64,000 nt of DNA from Candidatus Bathyarchaeia archaeon (GTDB lineage: Bacteria > Patescibacteriota > Microgenomatia > PFEM01 > JAFGMK01): NCBI GenBank assembly GCA_035529595.1, contig DATKWK010000023.1, positions 78,517-142,516 on the forward strand. Direction: 5' to 3'. The notes below the pieces were generated by a model. It ran no database searches, had not been told where the DNA came from, and saw only the letters and a list, made by a program, of their open reading frames with translations. This document shows positions 1 to 9,550 of this stretch, one piece after another (the stretch's first letter is position 1; each line of letters begins with the position of its first letter). A program made the position numbers and the translations under genes.

Positions 1-332
1 AGGAAGTCGGCCAGTGGCTTTACGTATCTACCCATAAACTATTTAAATATCCCGTTAGTCAAACTGAAGTTATTATGAGGTTTTTGAAATTTAATTCGCA
101 AATCCCACTGGTTAAATGGTTTACCAGGGATATTAAAGACGAAATCTTTATTAACATTGGCTTTGAAATCCACGTTGATGACTTTAATAAGGAAGTTCTG
201 TTTAAGAATTTAGACACGCTTTCTTATTATATTGATGACACCCTTGGTCTTTTAAAAAGAAAGGGCGTTTTGACTGAAAAAAATCTGACCAGAGTAGAAA
301 CGGTCACCAAAGACTCTCTGGAACTAGGCTAA
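1..332 (+). CDS. 3' part of a longer ORF entering from upstream of the window (frame 3 is open from position 3); hypothetical protein
   Basis: No stop in frame from window start to TAA at 330-332. No recognisable motif. Confidence 0.4.
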   Translation, partial: EVGQWLYVSTHKLFKYPVSQTEVIMRFLKFNSQIPLVKWFTRDIKDEIFINIGFEIHVDDFNKEVLFKNLDTLSYYIDDTLGLLKRKGVLTEKNLTRVETVTKDSLELG

Positions 333-483
333 TATTAATTTCCCGCACCTGACGTGCACATCGGTAAACCATTATGTTTGAAAATAAGCTTGTTTGATAG
401 AGAGAAGATCCAAGAATTCCTCAATTCCCAACCCGTCTATCCAATTTAGGAAAAATTTGAGAATATCTTTCTATTTTTCTTCC

Positions 484-756
484 TTACTCATTACTATTAT
501 TATTCTTCCTTTCGCACTGATAGATAATATCTGTAATTGCCATAGATAAGTTAGTAAACAATTTTTGTTTCACCTTTTTACTGTTTAATCTAAGTTTGTA
601 AACCCTTTCCAAAATAGGCCAAAATTGGTTTCTTTTAGAACTATAAAACCAGTCGTAGGCAGAGTCGTTAGCTTTCCTTTTTGCAGTAAAACTGCCTAGC
701 AATAAGAATTTTGCATTTGGAGGAGCAAAAAATTCAAAAGGATGTGTTTCTATCAT
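484..756 (-). pseudogene. Truncated uracil/hypoxanthine-DNA glycosylase family (UDG-like) N-terminal fragment, 90 aa
   Basis: FFAPPNAKFLLLGSFTAK...YDWFYSSKRNQFWPIL resembles the N-terminal motif block of UDG superfamily (family 4/6-like: ILILGSFPS...FYYGHPRNRFW). Ends after about 90 aa, versus about 160 aa for intact enzymes. Confidence 0.45.
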
Positions 757-874
757 GATTATTTATATCTTATCAAAATTGACAGGTGTATATTATGGCC
801 TTTAGATAAAATACAAACAAATGGCTAAAGCAATAAGATTCTTCTTTAATGTGGTTTATCAAGGTCAAATAAAT

Positions 875-900
875 GGCAGGGGCTGGTGAACTTTGTCAGG
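875..900 (+). repeat. Cassette-boundary repeat copy 1 (core only: GGCAGGGGCTGGTGAACTTTGTCAGG)
   Basis: Matches the core of the repeat found at 2516, 6478, 7643, 8255, 9471. Confidence 0.7.
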
Positions 901-1003
901 AATCTATTTTTTTAGAAAAAAAATTGTTATAGAATCCGACTTAGTCTTCTCCTGACGTAATTTACGTTGCGGTTTGACAATATTTTTAGTATTATAGGCG
1001 ATA

Positions 1004-2461
1004 ATGACTGAAACTGAGACAAGAAGAGACGTCTCGCAAATACCTTCCCGACCTGATTTTGTTTCTCTTTTGCAGCAATCGGGGCGATTTGAGCAAGCAG
1101 AAGGAGAAATAATCATTAATTCTATTAATGCGAGAATGGAGTTAGTAGAAAGAGAATATGGGGAGAACCCGCTTTTAGCTCGAGTAGCGACAATAATGAC
1201 GGGAGCGATTGATTATGCAAGGGCCTGTGCTCTAAAGTTGCAGCCAGAGAGAGTTGATGAACATGGGGATGCGCTTACTGTAGGTGATGTTACCACTAAA
1301 AGAGATATTGAGATTTATCGGAGAGTCGTTGAAGTCTTAGACAGTACCGGTATGAAATTTGTTATGCGGGGGGAAATTGAGGCTAAGTTGACTAAAACGG
1401 ACGGAGAATGGGAAATAGAGGATCTTAGGGCAGACAGCACAGGTAAAAAAATAACAAGTTCCGGTACTAGTAATTGCCCTGAAGGAGAAGCAGACTGGGT
1501 GTTTGTTATCGACCCTCTTGATGGAAGCGTTAATGAGACGCAAGGTAAAAAATCGGGGACAGTATTGGCTTGTGCTAAGTATGGTGGCAAGTTAAAGATG
1601 AGAGATCTCGAGATTGGTGTGGTAGCCGACTATTTGGCTGGCAGAAATGGAAATGAACGAGGGACTCAGAGATGTGTTGGGGTTAGGGGCTTAGGAGCCA
1701 GGCTTTTAAGAGCAAGAGAAATTGAAAGAATAACATTACCTGAACCTTCGCCACTTGACGAAGTACCCACATTTGGTGCCTATACAAAGTTTCCTTGGCA
1801 GGAAGAGCAACAGAAATTATTAGCGCGAGTTGTCTCTGAGGTTCTTGGGCAGAAGCAACAGAGAAGCACAGATGCCACTGCAGCCTGTTCAGTTGCCGTA
1901 GCTACCGGGGAGTTTCGGACTCATTGTGACGCAAGAGAAGCGACGAAGCTTTGGGATACGATTGCTTCTTGGGTAGTCATTAACGAAGTCACCGGGTTAA
2001 AGATGACAGATTTATTTGGTTTTTCCTTCGATGAGGCAGTACTTTATGATCCTGCTAACGAGAAATATGCGAAGGATGGGGGAATAAACAGAGCGATTGG
2101 GAAGCATTTTGTAATTGGTAGAGAAGAAGATAATTTGGCAATCACGCGGGGGTATTGTGAAGCGATTTTTTTTGGTCTAAGAGCTTCCTTATTACCTGCA
2201 AAGCGGCTAGAGTATTGGCATGATGCTGGAGAAATATTCGCTCGCATTTTGGAGCACAGAATTGATATGGCTGAAGAAGACTACGGAATTATAACAAGAT
2301 CCGATGTAGAAAGGTTTGTTTGTATAGTTAGAGATTTTTATTGCCGTGACTTTAAACCTCTGGCTGATACGGGTAGACCCGAGGTAGTTATTCCTTACCA
2401 GGGGGGGCTACGGGTGTTTGATCAGATAACTGGAGATCGTATAAAACGGATAAAAGGTTAA
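1004..2461 (+). CDS. Inositol-monophosphatase/FBPase-fold (IMPase superfamily) protein with about 150-aa N-terminal extension; GC clearly higher than flanks
   Basis: WVFVIDPLDGSVNET (DPxDG[ST] metal-binding motif) and downstream LWDTIASWVVINEVTG (WDxAA-like motif). About 48 % GC versus about 33 % in flanks. Confidence 0.5.
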   Translation: MTETETRRDVSQIPSRPDFVSLLQQSGRFEQAEGEIIINSINARMELVEREYGENPLLARVATIMTGAIDYARACALKLQPERVDEHGDALTVGDVTTKRDIEIYRRVVEVLDSTGMKFVMRGEIEAKLTKTDGEWEIEDLRADSTGKKITSSGTSNCPEGEADWVFVIDPLDGSVNETQGKKSGTVLACAKYGGKLKMRDLEIGVVADYLAGRNGNERGTQRCVGVRGLGARLLRAREIERITLPEPSPLDEVPTFGAYTKFPWQEEQQKLLARVVSEVLGQKQQRSTDATAACSVAVATGEFRTHCDAREATKLWDTIASWVVINEVTGLKMTDLFGFSFDEAVLYDPANEKYAKDGGINRAIGKHFVIGREEDNLAITRGYCEAIFFGLRASLLPAKRLEYWHDAGEIFARILEHRIDMAEEDYGIITRSDVERFVCIVRDFYCRDFKPLADTGRPEVVIPYQGGLRVFDQITGDRIKRIKG

Positions 2462-2515
2462 CAAATATACCAAAACCTCATTCAAAAACCAGATAATTAA
2501 TGAATTATTTTTCAT

Positions 2516-2560
2516 GTAGCAGGGGCTGGTGAACTTTGTTAGAACCTATTTTAGAGAATA
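2516..2560 (+). repeat. Cassette-boundary repeat copy 2
   Basis: GTAGCAGGGGCTGGTGAACTTTGTTAGAACCTATTTTAGAGAA. Confidence 0.8.
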
Positions 2561-2634
2561 AGCGCGTAGTTTATCAACTTCTTTGAGTCACAATGATTTT
2601 GCTTATGGTTAAATCTTCCTGATATAATCGTTTT

Positions 2635-3171
2635 ATGACTGGCAAGAGCGATAAATACCAGACGATTGATACTTATAATAAGACAGCAAAGATTCATTCT
2701 CAAAAGTTTGAGAATTACGGAGCAAGAATTGAAGATATTGAAAAGGCCTTTTCTTACATTGATAAATCAAATCCTAAAGTAATTGACATTGGTTGCGGTG
2801 ACGGCAGAGATGCAAAAGAGATTACTAAAAAAACTGATGATTATCTTGGCATTGATTTATCGGTTGAGCTGATTAAGATTGCCAGAAAAAAAGTTCCCCG
2901 AGGAAATTTTATAATAGCCGATTTTGAAACCTTTGAATATCCGCAGGGAGTAGATATAGTGTTTGCCTTTGCTGCCATACTCCATTCAGGCAGAGGAAGC
3001 GTAAAAAAATTACTGAAGAAAGTTTATCGATCCCTTACTCCTGGAGGAATTTTTTTTATCTCAACAAAATATGGTTCTTATCGTAGGAAGGTGATTGATA
3101 GAGACGGGCCGAAAGTAAATTTTCTTTATCGGCCTGAGGATATAATAAAAATGTCACCGGCTTGGGCTTGA
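2635..3171 (+). CDS. Class I SAM-dependent methyltransferase (small, 178 aa)
   Basis: VIDIGCGDGRDAKEI (motif I, GxGxG), followed by an acidic residue after beta-2 and the DIVFAFAAILH motif. Confidence 0.65.
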   Translation: MTGKSDKYQTIDTYNKTAKIHSQKFENYGARIEDIEKAFSYIDKSNPKVIDIGCGDGRDAKEITKKTDDYLGIDLSVELIKIARKKVPRGNFIIADFETFEYPQGVDIVFAFAAILHSGRGSVKKLLKKVYRSLTPGGIFFISTKYGSYRRKVIDRDGPKVNFLYRPEDIIKMSPAWA

Positions 3172-3391
3172 GGCAGTTTATCAAGATACTCGAATCTTGA
3201 GAGGCCAGAAATGGTTGACGATTATTCTTAAAAAGAGTCAGTTAAGATGAAGTTATTTTGATTATGAAGCAAAAAACATTTGATATAATAAATTTTAATG
3301 ACTGAAGATTTTGGGCAACTAAACATCTTTTTTAGAAATTTAAGGGTATTGATATTTGTGATACGATGATAACAATCTTGTCTCTTGAGAG

Positions 3392-3718
3392 ATGACCAAA
3401 AAACTGAAATATTTTACTATTATAGGAATAATTGCAATAGCGATGCTTTTAATCGTTGCTTACTTCTCAAACTCACTGAAAATATTTGGTTTATGTAAAC
3501 CGGGAATGGAACTGGGTACTATGCCTGCCGGCAGTTTCTGCTATAAGCCTAGCGGATATGACGGTAAACCCTGCAATAGGCAGACCGATTGCGGAACTGT
3601 AAGCTGTGTTTTGGTGGATAGATATAGCTTGAAAGGAAAATGTGAGGACATAGTTTTTGGTTGCCACCAATTAATTGATAAAGACGGTAATCTCGAGTCT
3701 TTAGTTTGTATTGATTAA
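3392..3718 (+). CDS. Small secreted/membrane-anchored cysteine-rich protein (108 aa), hypothetical
   Basis: N-terminal hydrophobic helix; 9 Cys in the mature part. Confidence 0.4.
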   Translation: MTKKLKYFTIIGIIAIAMLLIVAYFSNSLKIFGLCKPGMELGTMPAGSFCYKPSGYDGKPCNRQTDCGTVSCVLVDRYSLKGKCEDIVFGCHQLIDKDGNLESLVCID

Positions 3719-3783
3719 TAACGGGGGTAAATTATAATCCTGAGCGAGGTCGAAGGATTGAAAATAGTAAGCTTTACCGAACC

Positions 3784-3812
3784 ACTTTGTTGGAAACTGG
3801 TTTAGGGAGCAG
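3784..3812 (+). repeat. Degenerate copy of cassette-boundary repeat core (GAACCACTTTGTTGGAAACTGGTTTAGGGAG)
   Basis: Aligns with ...GTGAACTTTGTTAGAACCTATTTTAGAGAA of the full copies. Confidence 0.45.
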
Positions 3813-4225
3813 ATGAACAGCTTGGTAGTCTTTAATTCTTCCTCTTTAACTCAGCTTTTGACAGTTTATTCTCGAATAATTATACTAGTTTTAAATGATG
3901 GGGCAGTCAAAACAAAACCAAGATCAAAAAACAGAGCCTCAGAAAGTAAAAAGCTCGATAATTATTCCTTCTAAAGGGAAGGTTCTTGTTGGTATTGAAA
4001 CAGTCGGCAGTAGGGTTTAACTGCGAATAATAAAGATTTTCCTTGGCCCTTCTTCATCGAAACTGAGAATCGGTGTTTATCTTTTATTGATAATGGAAGA
4101 AGATCTAAGGCAATCTGGTCTCCTAACTGGTTTGCCATCAATTTAAGAGCTAAGGAAAGGTTCTTAAGGTAAAACGGAGATGGAAGCCAAAAGAAAGACT
4201 TAATTAACTATACAATTTTAACCAA

Positions 4226-6421
4226 ATGATTTTTTGGCCGCAGAAAAAAAGAGACCTTAAAAAGGTTATCATCATTATTTTCATGCTTCTAGTTATTGCC
4301 TTTTCTTTAATTGCCGTCCTTTTTAAAAGATTCAAAAACCTTGCACAATTTCCACCTTGTGACAATCTCTCAACTTTACACCTTGATTCTCAAGTACTAA
4401 CTTGCCCTCAAAGGGTTGATGAGACCGGTTGGATAGTCGAAAATGCCCAAGTAAAAGTGTTCCCCCATTGTTTAACAGTTATGAATTCTCGTTTCGGTTC
4501 GCGTTTCAATCTCGACTGGTATTTCTCAAATCAAAAAGTCACCTCAAGCACAATCGGTACTTTTGCCGATTATGATGTTAATTTAAATTTGGTTGTTCAA
4601 GAGCCGGATAAGGCCGAACAGCTTTTCCCATTATCAGCCAATAGTGATTTTCCCAGGCAATCAGTTGACCTTGGTCTGACTTATGAAAAGATCAATTTCG
4701 AGAGTGAAGACCTTCTGCTTTCATTTAATATCGTTTCTCCATTTTCGCCCAGTCAGTCAAGTCGTGACGATAATACCAAATTAAGTACAGCCCCTTTCTT
4801 CTATCTAGAACTATCCTTGGTTAATAAAACACCACTTTCCCAGGTCAAAAATATCTCTCTTTCTCTCGGTAATGCTCGAGAAATTAAAGATAAAAAAGAT
4901 TATTCGGTGGCATATTTCAATGACTATGCCCGAGAAGACGGGCAGCTTGCTTTAGCCAGTAGCAGAAAACAAACCGATATTGCCTCATTTATTAACAATA
5001 ACCGCGGTGGTTTTATTTGGAAAGTAAACCTTAAACCTTATTCTCAAGATACGGTAAGATTTATTTACGCTGGTTATCTCGAAGGTACCTCCCTTACTGA
5101 TAGTCGCCAAGAGAAAAAAAGAGAACTCAAATTTGCCTACCAACAGTGGTTTAATAACATTGATTCAGTTATTAATTTTGCCTTAGATCACGAGCCGGAA
5201 ATTGAAGATAAAAGAAATAAATTTGAGCAGAATGCGAAGAAACTTTCTAAGTCTCCGAAAATGTACTGGCTCCTTGCTCAATCATTCCATTCTTATATTG
5301 GTAATACCTGGCTGGTTTTTGATAAGGAAAAAGACGATTTAGAATATTATGTTTGGGAAGGAGAGTTTAAATATCTTAACACTCTAGATGTTGCTCACGA
5401 CTATGGGGTTTTAGAAGGTATATATTTTCCCTGGGTGTTAAAAGCAGAACTCAAATCTTGGCAAAAGAGTGCTAAAAAAGACGAAAAAGGCACTGTTATT
5501 CCCCATGACTTAGGATCGCGTTTTGTTATTAAATCATCTCAGGCCTACGGCATTGACGGTTGGGAAACCTCTGGGATGCCAGTGGAAGAAAATGCAAATT
5601 TCATCCTACTTACATATTGGTATTGGCATCAAACTAAAGACCATCAGTTTATTAGGGAAATCACGCCATTTTTAAAAGAATTGATAAACTCTCTTATGGC
5701 ACGTGACGGTAACCAAAATGGCTTGGCTGACCAACTGATCAGGATGACTACCTATGATAATGACGGCAACTCTGCCTTAAAAGAGGCTCCTGACGGAACA
5801 TACCTTGGTTTAAAGCAGTTGGCCGCTTACCTTTCTGTTGAGAAAATTTTTCAATTTCTAAAAGAAGATGAGTATCAAAAGATAGTTAATGAAGAGGCTA
5901 AACTAATCGTTCAAAGCCTAGAAAAGGCCCAATCAACCTATGGTTTTATACCCCTTACGATAGATCCTTCTTTTCAGGAAAAAAACCAATTTAACAACCG
6001 AACTGTTTTAGGCACCGAGGAACAGGGTTTTGTTTTTATCAGCGGGTTATTCTATCATGCTCTTACCAATTTTGACCATCCTTTACTAAAAGAAATTATC
6101 CCTCTACTTTCTAAGAACTATCCCACCGCCTATCAAAAAAGTCTGGTAAAAAATGAGAGCGACGAGATCATTGGACTGAGGCTTGCCGAAAATCAAGACT
6201 TAGCTTTGGGTTGGTTTTCCCATAGTGTCATTGCCGATTATATTGCGAAAAAACTCTTTAATCAGAATTATCAATCTACAGAAATTTTCTTTCCCCTTCT
6301 TTATGACAATCCCTTTAGTTTTGCTGATGGCCAATTTTTTAAGAAACCTTTTTATCCTCCTCAAAATACTCTCGTTTTTTATCCTCGGGGAGTTTCTCTT
6401 TTTGCCTATCTCAAGGAATAA
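4226..6421 (+). CDS. Large membrane-anchored extracytoplasmic protein (731 aa), hypothetical; possibly an (alpha/alpha)6-type glycosidase-like fold
   Basis: Single N-terminal TM helix. No catalytic motif recognised with confidence. Confidence 0.35.
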   Translation: MIFWPQKKRDLKKVIIIIFMLLVIAFSLIAVLFKRFKNLAQFPPCDNLSTLHLDSQVLTCPQRVDETGWIVENAQVKVFPHCLTVMNSRFGSRFNLDWYFSNQKVTSSTIGTFADYDVNLNLVVQEPDKAEQLFPLSANSDFPRQSVDLGLTYEKINFESEDLLLSFNIVSPFSPSQSSRDDNTKLSTAPFFYLELSLVNKTPLSQVKNISLSLGNAREIKDKKDYSVAYFNDYAREDGQLALASSRKQTDIASFINNNRGGFIWKVNLKPYSQDTVRFIYAGYLEGTSLTDSRQEKKRELKFAYQQWFNNIDSVINFALDHEPEIEDKRNKFEQNAKKLSKSPKMYWLLAQSFHSYIGNTWLVFDKEKDDLEYYVWEGEFKYLNTLDVAHDYGVLEGIYFPWVLKAELKSWQKSAKKDEKGTVIPHDLGSRFVIKSSQAYGIDGWETSGMPVEENANFILLTYWYWHQTKDHQFIREITPFLKELINSLMARDGNQNGLADQLIRMTTYDNDGNSALKEAPDGTYLGLKQLAAYLSVEKIFQFLKEDEYQKIVNEEAKLIVQSLEKAQSTYGFIPLTIDPSFQEKNQFNNRTVLGTEEQGFVFISGLFYHALTNFDHPLLKEIIPLLSKNYPTAYQKSLVKNESDEIIGLRLAENQDLALGWFSHSVIADYIAKKLFNQNYQSTEIFFPLLYDNPFSFADGQFFKKPFYPPQNTLVFYPRGVSLFAYLKE

Positions 6422-6429
6422 TTTATATT

Positions 6430-6535
6430 CCCACCTCAAGGTGGTTTTCTCCTTGCACCTGGGATATTTTTTCAATTTTTGAGCCTAAAAAGCAGGGGCT
6501 GGTAAACTTTGTTGGAACTTATTTTAGAGAAAGTT
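6430..6535 (+). repeat. Cassette-boundary repeat copy 3 (extended form: palindrome module CACCTCAAGGTGG + core)
   Basis: ...ATTTTTTCAATTTTTGAGCCTAAAAAGCAGGGGCTGGTAAACTTTGTTGGAACTTATTTTAGAGAAAG. The upstream module is shared with copy 4. Confidence 0.8.
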
Positions 6536-6652
6536 TTAATAATTCTTCAATGACAGTTAGTCAAGGATGCACTTAAGTTCCCACATCACCTCTTTATAAA
6601 GTTAATAAATTAGCTTAAACTGTGTTCTTGATACTTAATATTTTTTAGACAC

Positions 6653-6696
6653 TTGACATTGTGTGAAAATCTTTGCTAGTGTTTCTATGTATGAAG
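6653..6696 (+). promoter_or_regulatory. Promoter-like TTGACA...TAGTGT/TATGTAT upstream of the 6776 ORF
   Basis: TTGACA at 6653, AT-rich -10 candidates 18-25 nt downstream. Confidence 0.3.
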
Positions 6697-6728
6697 TTAA
6701 ACTGGGCTACCTATTTAACTTAGTTATT

Positions 6729-6754
6729 AAATCCGCTTATGGGCGGATTTTTTT
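6729..6754 (+). terminator. Intrinsic-terminator-like hairpin plus T-run in the 5' leader of the 6776 ORF (possible attenuator)
   Basis: AATCCGCttatgGGCGGATTTTTTTT immediately followed by RBS AGGAGGTG and the ATG. Confidence 0.5.
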
Positions 6755-6775
6755 ATGGAAAGGAGGTGAAAAAGA

Positions 6776-7537
6776 ATGAATTACAAGTTATTAATCAGTA
6801 TTTTTACAGCCTCGTTGGTATCAGTTTCTATATTTGTCATAGGATTTTTCATGGGTCAAACAAAAGTTTCTCCCCAGCCTCCTCAACAAGTCATTTTAGG
6901 AGAAAAAAATCAATCCGCAAGCAAGGACTGTATTACCATTCAAGACGGTAAACTGACTTATTCGCCGGGCCATTATCTTGACGAAACTCCGATTTCGACA
7001 GGTTATGATGAGTATGGATACAATTATCAAGCTCACATGTTTAATGGCTCATATGCCAATGTTTACCTTGGCGGAGGCGACTTTCCACCTTATAAAGGTA
7101 ACGATGTAGAATATTTGGCCGAAAATCCTGGGGCAGAAAATGAATGGTATTGGCCTTATCGAGATGTTGAATTGCTGATGAGATGGAACGATAGTTGGAT
7201 TGCCAATCAGGATTGTGACGACGATGGTTTATTGGACAGGCACTTTGGTAATACTAGCTATGTAGGTTCTGGGGCCTGGGAGACTAATCATCAATCAGGC
7301 GTTTATGAAGTTGAAGGCAGAACCTGTAAGTGGAATTATTTCGTCAAGATTGTAGCTGTCCCCGCTGATGCTATATTGGAAAATGGTATCTGGAAAACGG
7401 CCAACGGGGCCGAAATTGGCCTTGATATTTGGGGTCAGTTTGCCATAATTCAACAAATTTACAATGACCCGTGTGAAGGATCCCACGGGGTAGAATATCT
7501 CAGTCCTGCCGGACCTGGATTTGGCAAGTGGAAATAG
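6776..7537 (+). CDS. Secreted hypothetical protein (253 aa, signal/anchor helix)
   Basis: Strong RBS AGGAGGTG; N-terminal hydrophobic segment. No recognisable motifs. Confidence 0.45.
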   Translation: MNYKLLISIFTASLVSVSIFVIGFFMGQTKVSPQPPQQVILGEKNQSASKDCITIQDGKLTYSPGHYLDETPISTGYDEYGYNYQAHMFNGSYANVYLGGGDFPPYKGNDVEYLAENPGAENEWYWPYRDVELLMRWNDSWIANQDCDDDGLLDRHFGNTSYVGSGAWETNHQSGVYEVEGRTCKWNYFVKIVAVPADAILENGIWKTANGAEIGLDIWGQFAIIQQIYNDPCEGSHGVEYLSPAGPGFGKWK

Positions 7538-7596
7538 GAAACGCTGATTCAGCTTTCAGTGTCCAAAATATAGCCACTTTTCCTTAAAGTAAATAC

Positions 7597-7690
7597 ACCT
7601 TGGAGGTGTCTTTCCCTTGACACCTTGGAAATTTTTCAATTTCTGAGCCTAAAAAGCAGGGGCTAGTGAACTATGTTAGAACCTGGTTTA
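7597..7690 (+). repeat. Cassette-boundary repeat copy 4 (extended form with palindrome CACCTTGGAGGTG)
   Basis: ...GGAAATTTTTCAATTTCTGAGCCTAAAAAGCAGGGGCTAGTGAACTATGTTAGAACCTGG. Confidence 0.8.
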
Positions 7691-8197
7691 TTAACTCTTG
7701 ATATTATTTAAGCTGAAAAAGTGAAATTTATCTACACCCCAACCCGGGGGATACAATCCAAAGCCTTGAGGTTTGGCAATTTCCCGAGCACCAAGATTCT
7801 TGAAGTAGCGATATGAATTGATATTTGTTTTTCTGATAACGGCTACCAAGAGTGCTTTTTTATAAGTATGTTTAGCCGTAGATAACAGTTCATTAATCAT
7901 TTTCTTGGCAATGCCTTTCTTTCGGTATCCGGGATGGACGACTAGGGAACCGACTTCAAGAACTGGCGTGTTATCTTTCTTGCCATTTTCAAAGAACTTA
8001 GCAAAGCCGACAGTAATATTGTTGAATAAGGCAAGAACTCCCTGGTTTTCTTTCAAAATTCTTTCTATCTCTTGTTCTTCCAGAACTAACATGTGAGACT
8101 TTTCTTGCCGGAGAAGATTTCTGATCTGCCTTATGTGAGAACTATTATCTGTGTAGTGGAAAAGCTTAATTTCAGTTTTTTCTCTTTTCTGCATCAT
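7691..8197 (-). CDS. GNAT family N-acetyltransferase
   Basis: VHPGYRKKGIAKKMINELL = acetyl-CoA-binding motif A (R/Q-x-x-G-x-G/A). Confidence 0.7.
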   Translation of the reverse strand: MMQKREKTEIKLFHYTDNSSHIRQIRNLLRQEKSHMLVLEEQEIERILKENQGVLALFNNITVGFAKFFENGKKDNTPVLEVGSLVVHPGYRKKGIAKKMINELLSTAKHTYKKALLVAVIRKTNINSYRYFKNLGAREIAKPQGFGLYPPGWGVDKFHFFSLNNIKS

Positions 8198-8254
8198 GAC
8201 TAAAATTATACCCTTTTTATTAAATCTAGAGCGAGAAGTACGAAGAAGAAGGTT

Positions 8255-8295
8255 GCAACAGGGGCTAGTGAACTTTGTTAGAAACTACTTTGCGG
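8255..8295 (+). repeat. Cassette-boundary repeat copy 5
   Basis: GCAACAGGGGCTAGTGAACTTTGTTAGAAACTACTTTGCGG. Confidence 0.75.
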
Positions 8296-8323
8296 ATGTT
8301 CGCAATTCATGTAGAATATTATT

Positions 8324-8911
8324 ATGGCCGAAAAGTGTGTTGGTGAGATAAAAAAAGCTGGTTTGATTGGTGTGATCTATGAGGTGAGGATAAGACTCGA
8401 GCCTTTGGTTAAGGCTATTCAGGAGGGTGCCTTGGAACCTGATGATTTTCAGAAAGTGGCTGATTTTGGTGCTGGCTATGGTAATTCTGCAAGAGCGATT
8501 ATGATCGCCATGCCCGGAGCAGATATAACTGCACTAGAACAGAACGAGGAGCTTGCTGAAGTGATTATTAAGAGAGGCATACTGCCAGAAGAGAGAGTAA
8601 AAAGAGGTGATGGGATAGACTTTTTATCAGAAAGTAGGAACGCTCGAAAATTTACATTAGTTACCGCCTTTGGTTTGGAGCCGATTAAAGATAGCAGTTT
8701 GTTCAAAAAGTTCGTCATTGCTGCGGATAATGCCCTTAGAGATAAAGGAAAGCTACTAATAGAATCCGACGCTAAAAGCATGGGAGTTGTTCGTAGCGAA
8801 TTGAGAAAAGCTAGTGTGAATGCTTATTCGAGAGATGTCGGTCTGGGAGGTATGGTTGTTTTGACTCGTGACGAATGCGATAAGGTAGCTTCGTATTATA
8901 ACAGTATATAA
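8324..8911 (+). CDS. SAM-dependent methyltransferase-like protein (195 aa), GC higher than flanks
   Basis: VADFGAGYGNSARAI (motif I). Confidence 0.5.
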   Translation: MAEKCVGEIKKAGLIGVIYEVRIRLEPLVKAIQEGALEPDDFQKVADFGAGYGNSARAIMIAMPGADITALEQNEELAEVIIKRGILPEERVKRGDGIDFLSESRNARKFTLVTAFGLEPIKDSSLFKKFVIAADNALRDKGKLLIESDAKSMGVVRSELRKASVNAYSRDVGLGGMVVLTRDECDKVASYYNSI

Positions 8912-8950
8912 GCAAGATAGAATTTGGGTCTTTTTTTTGAATTAAGATAG

Positions 8951-9010
8951 TTTGGCAGAGGCTAAAGCCTGTCCGCCTCTGGAGGAAACTTTGTTAGTAA
9001 CTTCTATCAG
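8951..9010 (+). repeat. Cassette-boundary repeat copy 6 (variant: hairpin GGCAGAGGC...GCCTCTGG + GAAACTTTGTTAGTAAC)
   Basis: Shares the AACTTTGTTAG(A/T)AAC tail with the other copies. Confidence 0.55.
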
Positions 9011-9423
9011 GCTGAAAGATACTTATCGATAAACAAACCAACCTTTTCGTTTACTTGTTTAATAACGTCAGGGTAGAGGCGGTAATCGTGGGTACAATTA
9101 ATTTTGTGTAACTCTTTTGGCTCAGGAATTGTCTTATAAATTTCTCTGACCTGTTTAGGTGTAGTGAACTCATCTTTGGTGGCATAAAAAATAATTTTAG
9201 GTTTCATGCAAGTTTTTAAGACTTCTGCGTCATTATATTTACTTCCATCTTTGAAGTAGTTTAATGAAGCTGTAAACTTCTTTTTATTCTTAGTCCTTTT
9301 TGTGCCGGGAGGCAAATCTCTGTAATCAATATATAGACCAGCTTTTAAGGTTTTGGTATCAGGTGGCGAGGGAGTTCCTAATGATGGATTAATTAAAACT
9401 TTAGCATTAAAAGGGGACGGTTC
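9007..9423 (-). pseudogene. C-terminal fragment of an alpha/beta-hydrolase (about 100-138 aa; intact enzymes about 250-300 aa)
   Basis: ...IIFYATKDEFTTP...CTHDYRLYP: the Asp and His of the catalytic triad at the usual C-terminal spacing. No nucleophile-elbow region. The annotated start (9315) is TTG and the frame is open back to 9423, where it abuts repeat copy 7. Confidence 0.45.
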
Positions 9424-9470
9424 TCAATCAGGTACGAGATTAGTAACTTCCAATAATTTTTGGTTTATGT

Positions 9471-9550
9471 CTGAGGCTAAAAAGCAGGGGCTGGTGAACT
9501 ACAATCGTGTAAACCGATTTGTAGTAAACTATGTTGGAAACTATTTTCAG
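9471..9550 (+). repeat. Cassette-boundary repeat copy 7 with a 25-nt hairpin insertion (ACAATCG...CGATTTGT) inside the core
   Basis: CTGAGGCTAAAAAGCAGGGGCTGGTGAACT[acaatcgtgtaaaccgatttgtagta]AACTATGTTGGAAACTATTTTCAG. Confidence 0.75.

Noticed and set aside
1315-1590. Short antisense or alternate-frame ORFs nested in long genes (for example 1315-1590, 2044-2247, 8476-8781, 9846-10099, 12416-13418, 26273-26803, 32040-32366, 35197-36005, 44496-44770, 51206-52049, 52686-53090)
   Set aside because: Each is fully contained in a longer ORF with clear homology or better coding signal, and has no RBS or motif support.
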